DNA of 64,000 nucleotides from positions 14,819-78,818 of the IMG/VR virus record IMGVR_UViG_3300037789_000055; one strand, 5' to 3'. The translations under genes and the position numbers were made by a program. This document shows, piece after piece, positions 28,853 through 38,909 of the stretch. Below the pieces are notes generated by a model. That model was not told where the DNA came from. It saw only the letters and a program-made list of their open reading frames with translations, and ran no database searches. How positions within the stretch are numbered: position 1 is the first letter of the stretch; each line of letters opens with the position of its first letter. The stretch comes from a virus. Taxonomy: Duplodnaviria > Caudoviricetes.

Positions 28853-29197
28853 TCACACTCCGTGAAAATAGACGTTGCGGCGGATCGGCCGTTGCATGAT
28901 GACAGCGTACTGGATGACCCACTCCCCATCCCGTCCCTGACACATCGTGACACGACCTTGGTCATGCAGCCGACGGTGTTCCAGGATCGTGGGGAGATCC
29001 TCAGCCGGCCAGGAGGATGCGGATACCCGCCGCCGGGAGATGATATGGGGCTGCAGATTGGGTCGCCCCCACCCGGCGAGGTCAGAAGGGGCCTCCCGCA
29101 TTTTTTGACGGACATCAGAGATCTTGCATCCCAGTACCCGACTGATCTCGAAGGGGTTCCGAGTCCGAGTCAGAAGGTGGTTGAGGTCTTTTTTCAT
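28853..29197 (-). CDS. Hypothetical protein with an N-terminal HTH-like segment, 114 aa
   Basis: NPFEISRVLGCKISDV; coupled ORF. Confidence 0.55.
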   Translation of the reverse strand: MKKDLNHLLTRTRNPFEISRVLGCKISDVRQKMREAPSDLAGWGRPNLQPHIISRRRVSASSWPAEDLPTILEHRRLHDQGRVTMCQGRDGEWVIQYAVIMQRPIRRNVYFHGV

Positions 29198-30936
29198 GAT
29201 TTTTTCAGCTCGAATTGTTGATCGGTTTCAGGGGATTTGTGGGTCACCAGAAAGACCTGGCCGACGATTTCGGTGAGACGACTCAAGGCTTCAGCGGTGT
29301 GCCCTGCCCTTTCGTCGTCCATGGCGGCGTCCACCTCATCTGCAAGGAAGACGGAGAAGACCTTGTTCGTAAGGATCTGCCCAAGGGCAATTCGGATCGC
29401 GAGGTTGGCAACAGCCTTTCCACTCCCCGACAAGGTCTTGATCGACTGGCCGTCGATGGTGATCTCAAAGTCCTCGTCGACTTCAACGAGGTACCGTTCC
29501 CCACCAGTCATCTGGCTCAACAGAACCGAGGCAACTTTGTTCAGCGAGGGTAGAAGGTGAGATTTCACACTGACCTTGAGAGCCTGGATCAGCTCCCGGG
29601 CCCGGAGATACTCATCAGACTTGACGGTCAGTTCCGCGACCACCTCCTGGTTCTGCTCGTAAAGAACCACGGTGTCGTTGTACTGCTTCTGGTCCCTTTC
29701 GAATTGCCGGGAGATCTCCAACTCGGCCTGCAGCTCCTGCACCTGCTGCTCGATCCCGAGGAGTTCCTCGTGACGAGCTTTCTTCTGGGGCAGCTCCTGA
29801 TTGTACCGGTCAAAGGCATGCTGCTGGCGGCTGTAGATCTCAACGTCCGCTTCCCAAGCCTGACGTCGGCCAAGATCATTGGCGCGGTCATCAGGAACGT
29901 TGAGGCCGACCAGCCGGCCGTGTAGATCAGAGATCCTCTGGTTGTTCCCGATCCGAGCCCGATGCTTGGTGATGTCCACCTTCGAGAGGTCGGGGGGAGA
30001 GACAGCCACAACATCCTCAAAGCCAGTGAGGTCTGCCACTGGCCAAGAGTGATCACACTCCGGGCAACAGATATGACCCTGGGCCATGAGACGTTCGAAC
30101 TGACGCCACCGGTCAGCTGCTTCATGCTGCTCCTCTGCAAGGGTCAGCTGCTCCTCGGTGTAAACCTCTGGCTCCAGGGAGCGGACCTCTTCCTCCAGGT
30201 ACCGGATGGACCTCTCGGTCGTTCTCCGGTTCTCCTGATAGGTCCGCAGCTCGTCTGAGGTCTCCAGGACGGGAGCATCGCCAGGGTGGACAGGCTCCCT
30301 CGGGATCTGCTTGAGCCAGCCGCTCAGTTCATGGAACTCGCGTTGGGCATCGAGAGGGATGATGATCTCGGAGGAGGGACGATAGCCTTCGGGTGTGACC
30401 GGCTGGACTGGTTCCACCAGGGTGGACCTGATGGCATCTGCCTCTCGCTTTAGGGTGTTCCCCTCAGAGCCACACAGTTTGATGAGACCATCCAACTGAT
30501 CCAGCCCGATCGTCCGGTCCACCATGGTCTTCCGTGCGGCCGGCTGCATATCCGACAGGGCTTCGATGTTCCCCTGGTTGCAGGCATTGGCCACGTCGAA
30601 GACCGTGAGGTCATACCCAAGGATAGACCTGATGGCCTCGTTAACGGGCTTGGTCCCAGAGGCTTGACGATCCCCCTCAAGAGTAACCTTCACTCCCTTC
30701 CGCACGACCGTGAAGTTCTCACCAGCTATGGTGAAGTCCAACTCGACGTGGAGTCCTTTGTAGTCCTCGGCCTTACCGCGGAGAGCAGCCGAGCCAAACA
30801 GGGCGTAGCGGATCATCTCCACGATCAGAGACTTCCCACTCTCGTTGGGGCCAACGATGCCGGTCAGACCCTTGTCGAAGGTAAAGGTCCGGTCGAAGTG
30901 TCGGAAGCAGTTGTCGAGGTAGAGCCTACTGATCAT
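29194..30936 (-). CDS. SbcC/Rad50-like (T4 gp46-like) ATPase subunit, 580 aa
   Basis: GPNESGKS Walker A, coiled coil with CCPEC zinc hook, LSGSG signature and LADEVD Walker B. Confidence 0.92.
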   Translation of the reverse strand: MISRLYLDNCFRHFDRTFTFDKGLTGIVGPNESGKSLIVEMIRYALFGSAALRGKAEDYKGLHVELDFTIAGENFTVVRKGVKVTLEGDRQASGTKPVNEAIRSILGYDLTVFDVANACNQGNIEALSDMQPAARKTMVDRTIGLDQLDGLIKLCGSEGNTLKREADAIRSTLVEPVQPVTPEGYRPSSEIIIPLDAQREFHELSGWLKQIPREPVHPGDAPVLETSDELRTYQENRRTTERSIRYLEEEVRSLEPEVYTEEQLTLAEEQHEAADRWRQFERLMAQGHICCPECDHSWPVADLTGFEDVVAVSPPDLSKVDITKHRARIGNNQRISDLHGRLVGLNVPDDRANDLGRRQAWEADVEIYSRQQHAFDRYNQELPQKKARHEELLGIEQQVQELQAELEISRQFERDQKQYNDTVVLYEQNQEVVAELTVKSDEYLRARELIQALKVSVKSHLLPSLNKVASVLLSQMTGGERYLVEVDEDFEITIDGQSIKTLSGSGKAVANLAIRIALGQILTNKVFSVFLADEVDAAMDDERAGHTAEALSRLTEIVGQVFLVTHKSPETDQQFELKKS

Positions 30937-31855
30937 TGTGAAAGGCCTCCATGAGTTCGTCTTTGATCGAGAGATCCTGGAGGACCGTGAACAACATGTG
31001 GCCCAGGTCCAGGCTCTCGAATTCAGCGGTGTCGACTTCGACCTTCTCGTCTTCGTCCGTCACCCGCTTTGCAGTAATGGAAAGACACTCGAGGTCCGTG
31101 GGGAGGGTTTCCCCCTCCTTCAGGAGAACCCGCACGTTCTTGTTGGTCATGTCCTCCTCGATCGGGAGGGAGGTGGTCACATACCACTCACCGATCTTGT
31201 CCTCGGCGTGGGTGTAGGGCTGCATGGAACCAGTCACGATGATGTCCACACCGTCACGACGTTCCTTTCGAGCAACGTGGTCATGGCCAGAGACCGCCAG
31301 CGGGATCTGCTTCTCGGCCAGGAGCTTTGTGGGGATCACGTTGGTCCCACCCCAATCCTGGATGTCCCAATGACCGAAGACAGCAGTCAGACCATCTGGT
31401 AGATCCGCGACGAGTTCCTCGGTCGGACGGAAGGGATGATAGGGAACGAACCCGAACCCCCCACAGGCCCAGGGTTCCTTCCGTACAACCTTGATCATCG
31501 GATCATGTGCAACCAGTCGAGCAAAGAGATCGAAAGAAGACTTTCGAGCCGAGTCCTTTGAGACATCATGGTTCCCTTCCAGGATCACAAAGATGACACC
31601 CTCAATAAGACTTGTGGCTTCCTGGTAGATTTGCGCCGCTCTGAGGACCACTTCTGGTGCGACAACGAATTTGTCAAAGAGGTCCCCCATGTTGACATGG
31701 AAATGAATCTCGTCTGAGAAGTTCCCCTTCAGGGTGTCCTCAAACTGAGCCCACACCATCTCCTCGCGCTCCCCCACCCGGTGGAGGGGGACGCCGGTCT
31801 TGAACTTGCGGCCGAGGTGAGGGTCGCCGAGTACCGCGACTTGTTCAGGCAACAT
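30926..31855 (-). CDS. SbcD/Mre11-like (gp47-like) nuclease subunit, 309 aa
   Basis: GDPHLG, MGDLFD, EGNHD, GHW and SGHDH. Start set at ATG 31855. Confidence 0.9.
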   Translation of the reverse strand: MLPEQVAVLGDPHLGRKFKTGVPLHRVGEREEMVWAQFEDTLKGNFSDEIHFHVNMGDLFDKFVVAPEVVLRAAQIYQEATSLIEGVIFVILEGNHDVSKDSARKSSFDLFARLVAHDPMIKVVRKEPWACGGFGFVPYHPFRPTEELVADLPDGLTAVFGHWDIQDWGGTNVIPTKLLAEKQIPLAVSGHDHVARKERRDGVDIIVTGSMQPYTHAEDKIGEWYVTTSLPIEEDMTNKNVRVLLKEGETLPTDLECLSITAKRVTDEDEKVEVDTAEFESLDLGHMLFTVLQDLSIKDELMEAFHNDQ

Positions 31856-32390
31856 CTGTACGCTCCAGACATTCGAAGAGGACACTGATTTGGTGAAGGA
31901 CGTCATGGATGGCGTCGTGAGCATTGCCGACGTTCGGCATCGTCCGGTCCAGATCCGGGAGACCTCGAGCATCCAGGAAGGTCCGGAGATCCTTGCAGTT
32001 GCTGTAGTGGAACGGCTTGGCGATGCCGTACTCGACGAAGTAGCTCTCCAGGAAGGGGTACTCAAAATGGATTGGCTTCGCCCACAGAATGGGGGAGGCC
32101 CCTTCCAGATCGCGCATCGCCCAACCACGGAACTCCTGGAGAACCTCTCGGGGATCCCGCATCCGGCTCCAGATCTTGTCGATGATCGACTGGTCCTGAG
32201 TGGCCCACCAGTCGCGGGTGTCCTCCGACCAGTAGCGATTGGCCGGGATCGCCAGGCACTGGTCGAACATGTTCATGTCCACCTCACGGGTTTCACGGTT
32301 GAACCGGACAGCAGACAACTGCACCATCGCGTTGTGGTTCGGGTTCGTTCCTGTGGTCTCCAGGTCCACCATAATTTGGTCAAAGATCAT
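31845..32390 (-). CDS. DEDDh 3'-5' exonuclease
   Basis: DLETTG (Exo I), FEYPFL, and HDAIHD (Exo III). Confidence 0.88.
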   Translation of the reverse strand: MIFDQIMVDLETTGTNPNHNAMVQLSAVRFNRETREVDMNMFDQCLAIPANRYWSEDTRDWWATQDQSIIDKIWSRMRDPREVLQEFRGWAMRDLEGASPILWAKPIHFEYPFLESYFVEYGIAKPFHYSNCKDLRTFLDARGLPDLDRTMPNVGNAHDAIHDVLHQISVLFECLERTDVA

Positions 32391-32799
32391 ATTTGTAAGG
32401 CTCCAGTTCGTTCCAAGTCATTGATTTCTTTGCACGAAGGGTTGTGTGAATGATCACTGCAGGAACGCAGAACCACTGCTCCAAAACTTCTGATTTGATG
32501 AAGAAGAGGTAGATACCCCCCGCGGCTACGACCCGGCGGGAGGCGTTGATCTGCCCCTTCTGGATATTGCTGAAGTGGAAACTGGTCTCGTCTTGAGAAG
32601 ACTTCACTTCTGCGTAGAAAGTCTTCTCCTCGACAGTGACCAGGTAATCACACGGTTGAGCTGCGATGAAAGCTTTCTTACCAGCCACGGCTTTGGCCAT
32701 AGCGGTATCACTCATACGGTGGACGTAGGCGCCCTTCCCGTATTGCTCGAAGTGACCCTCGAAGTCTTTCTCGGCTTTTTTCCAGTTTTGCATGACCAT
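32380..32799 (-). CDS. PD-(D/E)xK nuclease, RecU-like Holliday junction resolvase
   Basis: PCDY...FYAEVKS, F.FSNI...Q, and GIYLFFI. Confidence 0.75.
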   Translation of the reverse strand: MVMQNWKKAEKDFEGHFEQYGKGAYVHRMSDTAMAKAVAGKKAFIAAQPCDYLVTVEEKTFYAEVKSSQDETSFHFSNIQKGQINASRRVVAAGGIYLFFIKSEVLEQWFCVPAVIIHTTLRAKKSMTWNELEPYKYDL

Positions 32800-32830
32800 T
32801 GTCTATAGCAAGGCAAGTGGTCATGCAAAC

Positions 32831-32848
32831 TTGACTTCCGGAAATCAA
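32831..32848. promoter_or_regulatory. Operator-like palindrome, copy 2
   Basis: TTGACTTCCGGAAATCAA (17/18 matches to the perfect palindrome). Confidence 0.7.
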
Positions 32849-33081
32849 ATATGGGGGATCTGAACTACCATGGGTTGGGTGAATTCCTCAACCTGAAGGA
32901 TCTCGACACCATGGAATTCGTTCAAACCGATCACCTCGACTTCAAACTTGGTTTCCAACTCGTTCTCCAGAGAACGAAGATCCTCTGGAGAGATGAGAAT
33001 TCTCAGATCACCTTCTCCAAGATTGAAATCCTGTTCTTTCCAGAAACAAATCTGGTGATAAATCTGACTGCTAATGTCCAT
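32845..33081 (-). CDS. Hypothetical protein, 78 aa
   Basis: Start set at ATG 33081 after an AGGG RBS. Confidence 0.55.
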   Translation of the reverse strand: MDISSQIYHQICFWKEQDFNLGEGDLRILISPEDLRSLENELETKFEVEVIGLNEFHGVEILQVEEFTQPMVVQIPHI

Positions 33082-33135
33082 GAGATCCCTCAGGTGACTA
33101 TTGGATGGAGGCCCGTCAGGGCCTCGCACCAATAA

Positions 33136-33360
33136 TCACCCGGTGACCACCGCTTCAAGCTGTGCTTTCACCTTTCGAGCCCGACGGGCCTCCTGGTTCG
33201 CGGCCAGGATCTGTTGATCGATCTGTTCACGTTCAGCCCCCAGTTCCTCAGAGGTGGCTTCGTGTTGATCGGCGACCTTCCCCAGATCGGCGATCGTCTT
33301 GTGGAAAACACCCATCACTTCGTTGACGGTGCTCGGGATTTTCTTCTTCATCAGTTGCAT
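33136..33360 (-). CDS. Hypothetical coiled-coil protein, 74 aa
   Basis: ORF track; heptad pattern. Confidence 0.6.
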   Translation of the reverse strand: MQLMKKKIPSTVNEVMGVFHKTIADLGKVADQHEATSEELGAEREQIDQQILAANQEARRARKVKAQLEAVVTG

Positions 33361-33375
33361 AGGAGTGTTCTTTCG

Positions 33376-33579
33376 TTAGAGGCCGAAGCCGAACCAGAGG
33401 AGGAAACCATGGATGGTTCCAACAGGAGCAGCCAGTGCTCCGATCACAGAGAAGGCAATCTGCCCCCCGGTGGCGGGAATGCTGCTAGTAAGGGTGCTGA
33501 TCGCCCAGAGGATATGGGTGACCCAGCCGGCGAGGATCGTGATCATCAGGATCACTCCCCAGAGGAAACCGTTCTTCAT
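33376..33579 (-). CDS. Small membrane protein (2 TM), 67 aa
   Basis: Two hydrophobic helices; TGATG coupling to gapR. Confidence 0.6.
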   Translation of the reverse strand: MKNGFLWGVILMITILAGWVTHILWAISTLTSSIPATGGQIAFSVIGALAAPVGTIHGFLLWFGFGL

Positions 33580-33827
33580 CAGAGCATCCCCAGAGCTTCG
33601 CGGTACATCTCCGCAATGGCTTCTTCCTCGGCGATGTCGTCGGGTTCACGCTTGCGCAGACCGATGATCTTGCGCATCACCTTGGTGTCATAGCCGCGGC
33701 CTTTGGACTCGGCGAAAACCTCTTTGATCTGGTCGGCGATGTCCTTCTTTTCGGCTTCCAGACGCTCGATGCGTTCGATGAAGGCCCGCAGTTCCGAGGC
33801 GGTCACGCGGTAGGTGTCATCTTCCAT
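33579..33827 (-). CDS. gapR: GapR (DUF2312/UPF0335) nucleoid-associated protein
   Basis: ELRAFIERIERLEAEKKDIADQIKEVFAESKGRGYDTKVMRKIIGLRK...EEEAIAEMYREALG is the GapR family signature. Confidence 0.93.
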   Translation of the reverse strand: MEDDTYRVTASELRAFIERIERLEAEKKDIADQIKEVFAESKGRGYDTKVMRKIIGLRKREPDDIAEEEAIAEMYREALGML

Positions 33828-33905
33828 TCAGGTCTTCCTTCTGTTGTAAAAATCTCAGTTGGGACCAGGCCGCTGCGACCCGTCTTTCAGTTTCATTCGG
33901 AGGGC

Positions 33906-34097
33906 TCACTGAACCATCTCCGCGAGTTTCTCGGCCCGAGTCTTGATCCGTTTCCGGTTCTTCTTCTCGGAAGCCGTCCGGAACCCGGGGGGGTTCATGG
34001 TGGCCATCTCCGATGTCAGGACCAGTCGGTCCATTGCGTCCCCAGTGGTCGGATTCTGGCCGAGGTGGAGGGGGATATTCACGCTGCCGTAAGACAT
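33906..34097 (-). CDS. Hypothetical basic protein, 63 aa
   Basis: ATG 34097 with a GAAGGA RBS, overlapping the methyltransferase end. Confidence 0.5.
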   Translation of the reverse strand: MSYGSVNIPLHLGQNPTTGDAMDRLVLTSEMATMNPPGFRTASEKKNRKRIKTRAEKLAEMVQ

Positions 34098-35542
34098 ACC
34101 TGTTCCTTCATGGTGAGATTTGCGTTGATCAGAGCAGCGACCACCGGGGGGCAGACGCTGTTTCCACATTTGTGGGTCTGATGTGTTTTCGGGATCGGAC
34201 GACCATCCGCGGTCGTCTCGATTTCGTAGCTGTCGGGGAACCCTTGAGCCCGAAACTGTTCGCGTGGGGTCAGCATTCGCATACCGATATCCACAATCGC
34301 GTATTCCTCCCCTTGGATCTGGCAGGTCACCAGACCGAAGCGGCCCTTTGTGGTCAGGCTGTGGAGAGGCTCGTCGATCGTCTGACCGACTGCTGTCCCA
34401 TAGTATTTGACCATGAAGGCGGAGACGAGGGCTGCGTGGCCTCCACCAGCGGTGATAGTGGCCAATGGGGTCCGAGCATCCCGAGCCCGACGAGAGCTGC
34501 CGTGCATGCTCATCAGATGAGCCGCCACGAGGTTCTGCTGGGTTCCCCGGGTGGTCAGTGTCGACAGAGGAACGTTCGCCGGCCGGCCGATCACCCCGGT
34601 GTTGTGCTGGGCCAGAAAAGCGGCGACCTTGGTGAAGGTCGGCACAACCAACTGGTTCTGATCTTTCCGACTGGCGGTGATGGTGTGCATCGGTTCGAAC
34701 GCAGAGCGAGACCGACCCCCATGCTGACCATAGGAGATGAAGAACGGATCCTCATCCTCCACAACGAATTTCTGAACCCCTTTGGCGATCCGTTTCAGAG
34801 TATTCTCTGCGAGGGGCCGCTTGGTCTGGAGACCGAACTTCTCCTTGATCTCCTGGGAGGTGTCAAAGATCGATGGAACTGGAACGCTCCAGTCGATGAT
34901 CTCGGCCGCAGTCTTCCAGGGAGCCAGACCGGTGTTCAGCTTCGGGTCCGCGTGGGTTGGGGCAGGCCACACGATCGGCCTTCCGTCACACCGGGCAATC
35001 AGGAAGAGACGCTTCCGGATGGTGGGAACCCCATAATCCGATGCTCTGAGTTCCTTCCACTCGACGTCGTAACCAAGGTTCTTCAGAGCTTGAACGAACT
35101 GCGAAAAGGTATCCCCCGCCTGAGCCCGGCAGGGCTTACCCTCGTCCGTGAGAGGCCCCCAGAGCTGGAACTCCTCGACGTTTTCCAACATGATGACCCG
35201 AGGGCGAACCATCTTCGCCCACTTCACAGCAACCCAAGCCAGGTCGCGGACGCTGTCCGAGACAGGTTTCCCCCCTTTGGCCTTGGAGTGATGGCGGCAG
35301 TCGGGCGAGAACCAAGCCAGAGAGACTGGCCGGCCGGCTGAAACCTGGAAAGGATCTACCTCCCAGACGTCGTTGATCATGTGGGTACAGCCTGGATGGT
35401 TCGCGGCGTGCATCCCTAGAGCTATGTCATCGTGGTTGATGGCGTAGTCTGGGCCGAAGCCGAGGGCCATTTCCATACCAGTGGAGGCTCCCCCTCCCCC
35501 AGCGAAATTGTCAACGATGATGGAATTAGGCTGCATGTTCAT
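34079..35542 (-). CDS. C5-cytosine DNA methyltransferase, ~487 aa
   Basis: DNFAGGGGAS (motif I), FSPDC (IV), MLENVEEF (VI), RKRLFLIA (VIII) and GNSVCPP (X). Confidence 0.92.
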   Translation of the reverse strand: MNMQPNSIIVDNFAGGGGASTGMEMALGFGPDYAINHDDIALGMHAANHPGCTHMINDVWEVDPFQVSAGRPVSLAWFSPDCRHHSKAKGGKPVSDSVRDLAWVAVKWAKMVRPRVIMLENVEEFQLWGPLTDEGKPCRAQAGDTFSQFVQALKNLGYDVEWKELRASDYGVPTIRKRLFLIARCDGRPIVWPAPTHADPKLNTGLAPWKTAAEIIDWSVPVPSIFDTSQEIKEKFGLQTKRPLAENTLKRIAKGVQKFVVEDEDPFFISYGQHGGRSRSAFEPMHTITASRKDQNQLVVPTFTKVAAFLAQHNTGVIGRPANVPLSTLTTRGTQQNLVAAHLMSMHGSSRRARDARTPLATITAGGGHAALVSAFMVKYYGTAVGQTIDEPLHSLTTKGRFGLVTCQIQGEEYAIVDIGMRMLTPREQFRAQGFPDSYEIETTADGRPIPKTHQTHKCGNSVCPPVVAALINANLTMKEQVCLTAA

Positions 35543-38063
35543 ATTCGATTTCCTGGAACAGATATTTGATGACTGTTTCGATCTCCGCCTCGTTGAGGCG
35601 GCTGTCTTTCTCGAAGCCCAGGATCGGGGGGGCTTCGTCGAGTTCGATCTGACCAAGAGGGGCCTTCTCGGGGTGGTAGGGTTCAAAGGTCCGACCCACA
35701 GAAGCAGTGGCGTCGACCATGAGGTGCTTGATGATGCTCGGGTGGTGACACATGGCGCGCTTCGCCAGTCGCAGGAACTCCACGACGTCATCCCGATGAA
35801 CAGAGAACACCAACTCATCGTGGATCGGCATCATGAACCGGAACCGGAGCCCCTCGATCTTGTTGATCGCCAGAATGGACCGCTTGGCCAGCGTGGCGCA
35901 GGATCCCTGGATCATCGAGTTCACGATTTGGTTTGCCGCTCGGTTCGTCAGCTTCTTCACAAACAGCTGGCCGAAGTTCTGGAGCCCTGGGGAAGCAGTC
36001 TGTTGAAACCGATCTGACCAGAGATGTTGCCACCGGTAGGTGGCCTCAAACTTCGTCCGACGGTGACCATCAGGGAGGGTCACGAACCCCTTCTCCCGAG
36101 CTTCGGAGATCAGGTCCACCCGCCACTGTTCGGCCGTTTCGAAAGTGTCCCGGTACTTCTGGGTCATCTCCCACATCTTGTCCGAGGACCACCCCATGGC
36201 CTCCCCCACCGTGGAGAGAGCACCGGAGTACCAGTAGTTGAAGTTGGCGCCCTTGCCGACTTTGGTCCGAAGGTTCTTGGCGTCTGGAAGGCCTTTCGGC
36301 TCATCCGTCTCGAACATGTCCCCGACGGCTTTCCAGTGGAGGTCCTTGAAGGGGATCTGACCGTAGGCATCGGCAAACCCTTCATCCTCGGAAAAGTCCC
36401 CGATCAGGACGAGCTCGATCTGGGACCAGTCGATCGAGACGATCACATGGTCATCTTCATCCGGTTCATAGAAGCCGCGGATGTAGGTAGACTCCCCTCG
36501 CTTCGCCAACTGCATCGGGTTCGGGAATGACGCTGCCATCCGCCGGCTGTTCAGCTGCGAGGACACAACCGGGTAGACTCGCTGTGTCTCGGGATCACAG
36601 AGCATCAGGTACGGGTTCAGATAGAGCTTCATCCGCTGCTCGATCGAGCCGATCTCCCCGAGCAGATCCAGGATGCGGGTGTCTTCGACCCGTTCCTTGA
36701 GCTTGGCCCGCGCGGCGGCATCGGAACCTACCTTGCCACCAGAGATCACGACCTTGTTCCGGCCGAGGTCGTACATCAGGGTCCGCATCATCATCCAATG
36801 GGAGAAGTTCGGACCCTTGGACTTCTTCAGCCCTCGTTCTTCCAACCAGGCGCTCGAGACTGATCCCGCGGTGGTGATAGCTACGTCGAATGCTTCCTCT
36901 GGCAGAGGGCGGTCAGCCCAAGCCTTGATCCGATCACGATAGGTCTTGCCCTCGGACTTCGCGTACCAGTTCTTCATGGCACTGTCCTTCATGAGCCCTG
37001 GGTGGGGAGCCTCATCAAAGGGGAGGAGTTCGTTGATCAACGAGTGAAGCCGGCGGATGGCCTCCGCGTAGTTCTCCCGTTCAGCCTGGCGCTGTCTCTC
37101 GACCGCCTCCAGGTTGATCTTCATACCGGCCTGCCAGATGTCAGCAAACACATAGATCATCGGGTTTTCTTGTTCGAAGAAAGTCGTCAGAAGCTGATCA
37201 TTCTGATAGGGCAGCATCGGGAGGATCCGGTGGAAGATCCGAACAGCCCAGTAGGCGTCATCGGCGCCATAGGCGCAGACCTCATCCCCAGTCAGCTGGC
37301 CCATGTGGGCCCGCCCATCCATAACTTCGGCAAAGGTCGTCTGGTCATAGCCGAACAGGGACTTGACCAGTTTCTTCAGGCCGTAGCCATACGTGTACCC
37401 TTTGGCGATTTCGTTGTAGCTGTGAGTTGCGGTCGAGGTCTTCCCGATGATCTTCCCAAGCAGATCGGCCTGCTTTTCGGTGAGATCCCCGAAGGGGTCC
37501 ATCTCCGCGAAGGCCTCGGCGATCGCGGGAAAGAGATTGGTCATGGCACCGAAGCCACCCCCCAACATCTTGTCCTCGGGGTACTGATCTTCGTTGAAGG
37601 CCGAGACGGCCAGCTGAAGAGTACAGATGACGTTCGTCAGCTCGTGGTCGAGCGACGTTCGCATCATCGTGATTTCAAAGGGGCCATTGTGGCAGATCCA
37701 GTTGCTATCCTCCTGACGAGCGTCGAGGATCTGCTTTGCTTCGGACCAAGGGATCCTGTTCTCGACATCAGCGTGTGCCAGGTTCAGGTAGTAGGCGGTA
37801 TCGCTCTCATCACAGTACCAACTGAACCCGGTGACGACGGTGCGTCGTGTGTCGAAAATCAGCTTCTTGGCGGTTGACTTGATCCCATCGTCGTTCACTT
37901 TCATGAACAGGTTCAGGCCCTCATGCCGATTGTGGTCCTGGGTCTCGATGTCAAATCCCACAAGGCCTGACTGTGATACTTCAGCGATCAGCTGGTCTTT
38001 GAGATCGGTCCAGTTGCGTTGATCAACAAGAACAGATTTCAGGTTGTGATGTTCCACAAGCAT
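35526..38063 (-). CDS. polA: Family A DNA polymerase with a 3'-5' exonuclease domain, 845 aa
   Basis: FDIET exonuclease motif; motif A SIDWSQIEL, motif B GKGANFNYWY, motif C PIHDEL. Start set at ATG 38063 after GGAGG. Confidence 0.93.
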   Translation of the reverse strand: MLVEHHNLKSVLVDQRNWTDLKDQLIAEVSQSGLVGFDIETQDHNRHEGLNLFMKVNDDGIKSTAKKLIFDTRRTVVTGFSWYCDESDTAYYLNLAHADVENRIPWSEAKQILDARQEDSNWICHNGPFEITMMRTSLDHELTNVICTLQLAVSAFNEDQYPEDKMLGGGFGAMTNLFPAIAEAFAEMDPFGDLTEKQADLLGKIIGKTSTATHSYNEIAKGYTYGYGLKKLVKSLFGYDQTTFAEVMDGRAHMGQLTGDEVCAYGADDAYWAVRIFHRILPMLPYQNDQLLTTFFEQENPMIYVFADIWQAGMKINLEAVERQRQAERENYAEAIRRLHSLINELLPFDEAPHPGLMKDSAMKNWYAKSEGKTYRDRIKAWADRPLPEEAFDVAITTAGSVSSAWLEERGLKKSKGPNFSHWMMMRTLMYDLGRNKVVISGGKVGSDAAARAKLKERVEDTRILDLLGEIGSIEQRMKLYLNPYLMLCDPETQRVYPVVSSQLNSRRMAASFPNPMQLAKRGESTYIRGFYEPDEDDHVIVSIDWSQIELVLIGDFSEDEGFADAYGQIPFKDLHWKAVGDMFETDEPKGLPDAKNLRTKVGKGANFNYWYSGALSTVGEAMGWSSDKMWEMTQKYRDTFETAEQWRVDLISEAREKGFVTLPDGHRRTKFEATYRWQHLWSDRFQQTASPGLQNFGQLFVKKLTNRAANQIVNSMIQGSCATLAKRSILAINKIEGLRFRFMMPIHDELVFSVHRDDVVEFLRLAKRAMCHHPSIIKHLMVDATASVGRTFEPYHPEKAPLGQIELDEAPPILGFEKDSRLNEAEIETVIKYLFQEIEYEHAA

Positions 38064-38108
38064 ACAGTCCTCCTGGGAGGTTTGACTTGAAATTGATTTG
38101 AGAGAAGG

Positions 38109-38193
38109 GGCCCCGACCACTCTCCGCACACCAAACGGAGCTAGTCGGGGCCGAAGGCGACTCGGCAGGGGAGGAGCGAGACCCTAGTCGCCT
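38109..38193 (-). promoter_or_regulatory. Two-hairpin structured leader upstream of polA
   Basis: GGCCCCGAC/GTCGGGGCC with inner CTCCG/CGGAG; AGGCGACT/AGTCGCCT with inner AGGG/CCCT. Confidence 0.6.
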
Positions 38194-38200
38194 ATTCCGA

Positions 38201-38872
38201 TTACTCGGCGAGGGTGAAGGTCACGACGCCCCAGGTGTTGCCACCATGGTTGATCTCACGACAGCCGAGTTTCACCTTCACGGTCTGACCGATGAGACCA
38301 GCCTTGGCGCACTCGGCATAGAAATCCGACCACTCGGAGAAGTTCGACTTCGAGGTGTTCAGGCCGATGACGGTGCCGGCGGGCAGCGTCTCTTCCTTCA
38401 GCTTCAGGGGTGCCGTGGTACGAACCACGATATCCACAGCGTTGTAGGGTTCGACGTTCGGATCGGCCATACGGGCCTTCACCAGCGCATCGTTCCACGA
38501 ACCACCCTTGTCGCAGACCATACCATCATAGGACGACAGGTACTGTGCCGGATTGCCGAACCGGAGGGTGTACTTCACCATGAAGCCTTCGTCTTCAACG
38601 AGGGCGATCTCGACCGGGATGTCGTCGATGAAATCCTTGTTCTTGCCGACCCGCATCCCAAATTCGTTGACCTTCAGGTAGGGGGTGTTGCGGGGGATGA
38701 CACCGGTCGCAGCTGCGACAGTTGCCATGGAGGGCTTCTGGTAGGTGGTTGCCACCCCGCCGGGGGAAACCGAGCCCTGGATCACAGCAGTCGAGGCGTT
38801 GACAGCATCATTCGCCACCATACCTTCTGCCGCTTCTTTCGCCTGGTTGATCGCGTCTTGAATTCCAGCCAT
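38201..38872 (-). CDS. Hypothetical replication protein (SSB-like candidate), 223 aa
   Basis: Located between the helicase and polymerase with beta-rich content. SSB function is inferred from synteny only. Confidence 0.4.
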   Translation of the reverse strand: MAGIQDAINQAKEAAEGMVANDAVNASTAVIQGSVSPGGVATTYQKPSMATVAAATGVIPRNTPYLKVNEFGMRVGKNKDFIDDIPVEIALVEDEGFMVKYTLRFGNPAQYLSSYDGMVCDKGGSWNDALVKARMADPNVEPYNAVDIVVRTTAPLKLKEETLPAGTVIGLNTSKSNFSEWSDFYAECAKAGLIGQTVKVKLGCREINHGGNTWGVVTFTLAE

Positions 38873-38909
38873 AGTATTGTCTTCCTAGTTGTGAGTCTGT
38901 TGCATTGAA

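Noticed and set aside
34013-35341. 442-aa + strand ORF
   Set aside because: Antisense to the methyltransferase, with no RBS or motif. The same reasoning applies to the antisense ORFs 11171-12100 and 37002-37877.
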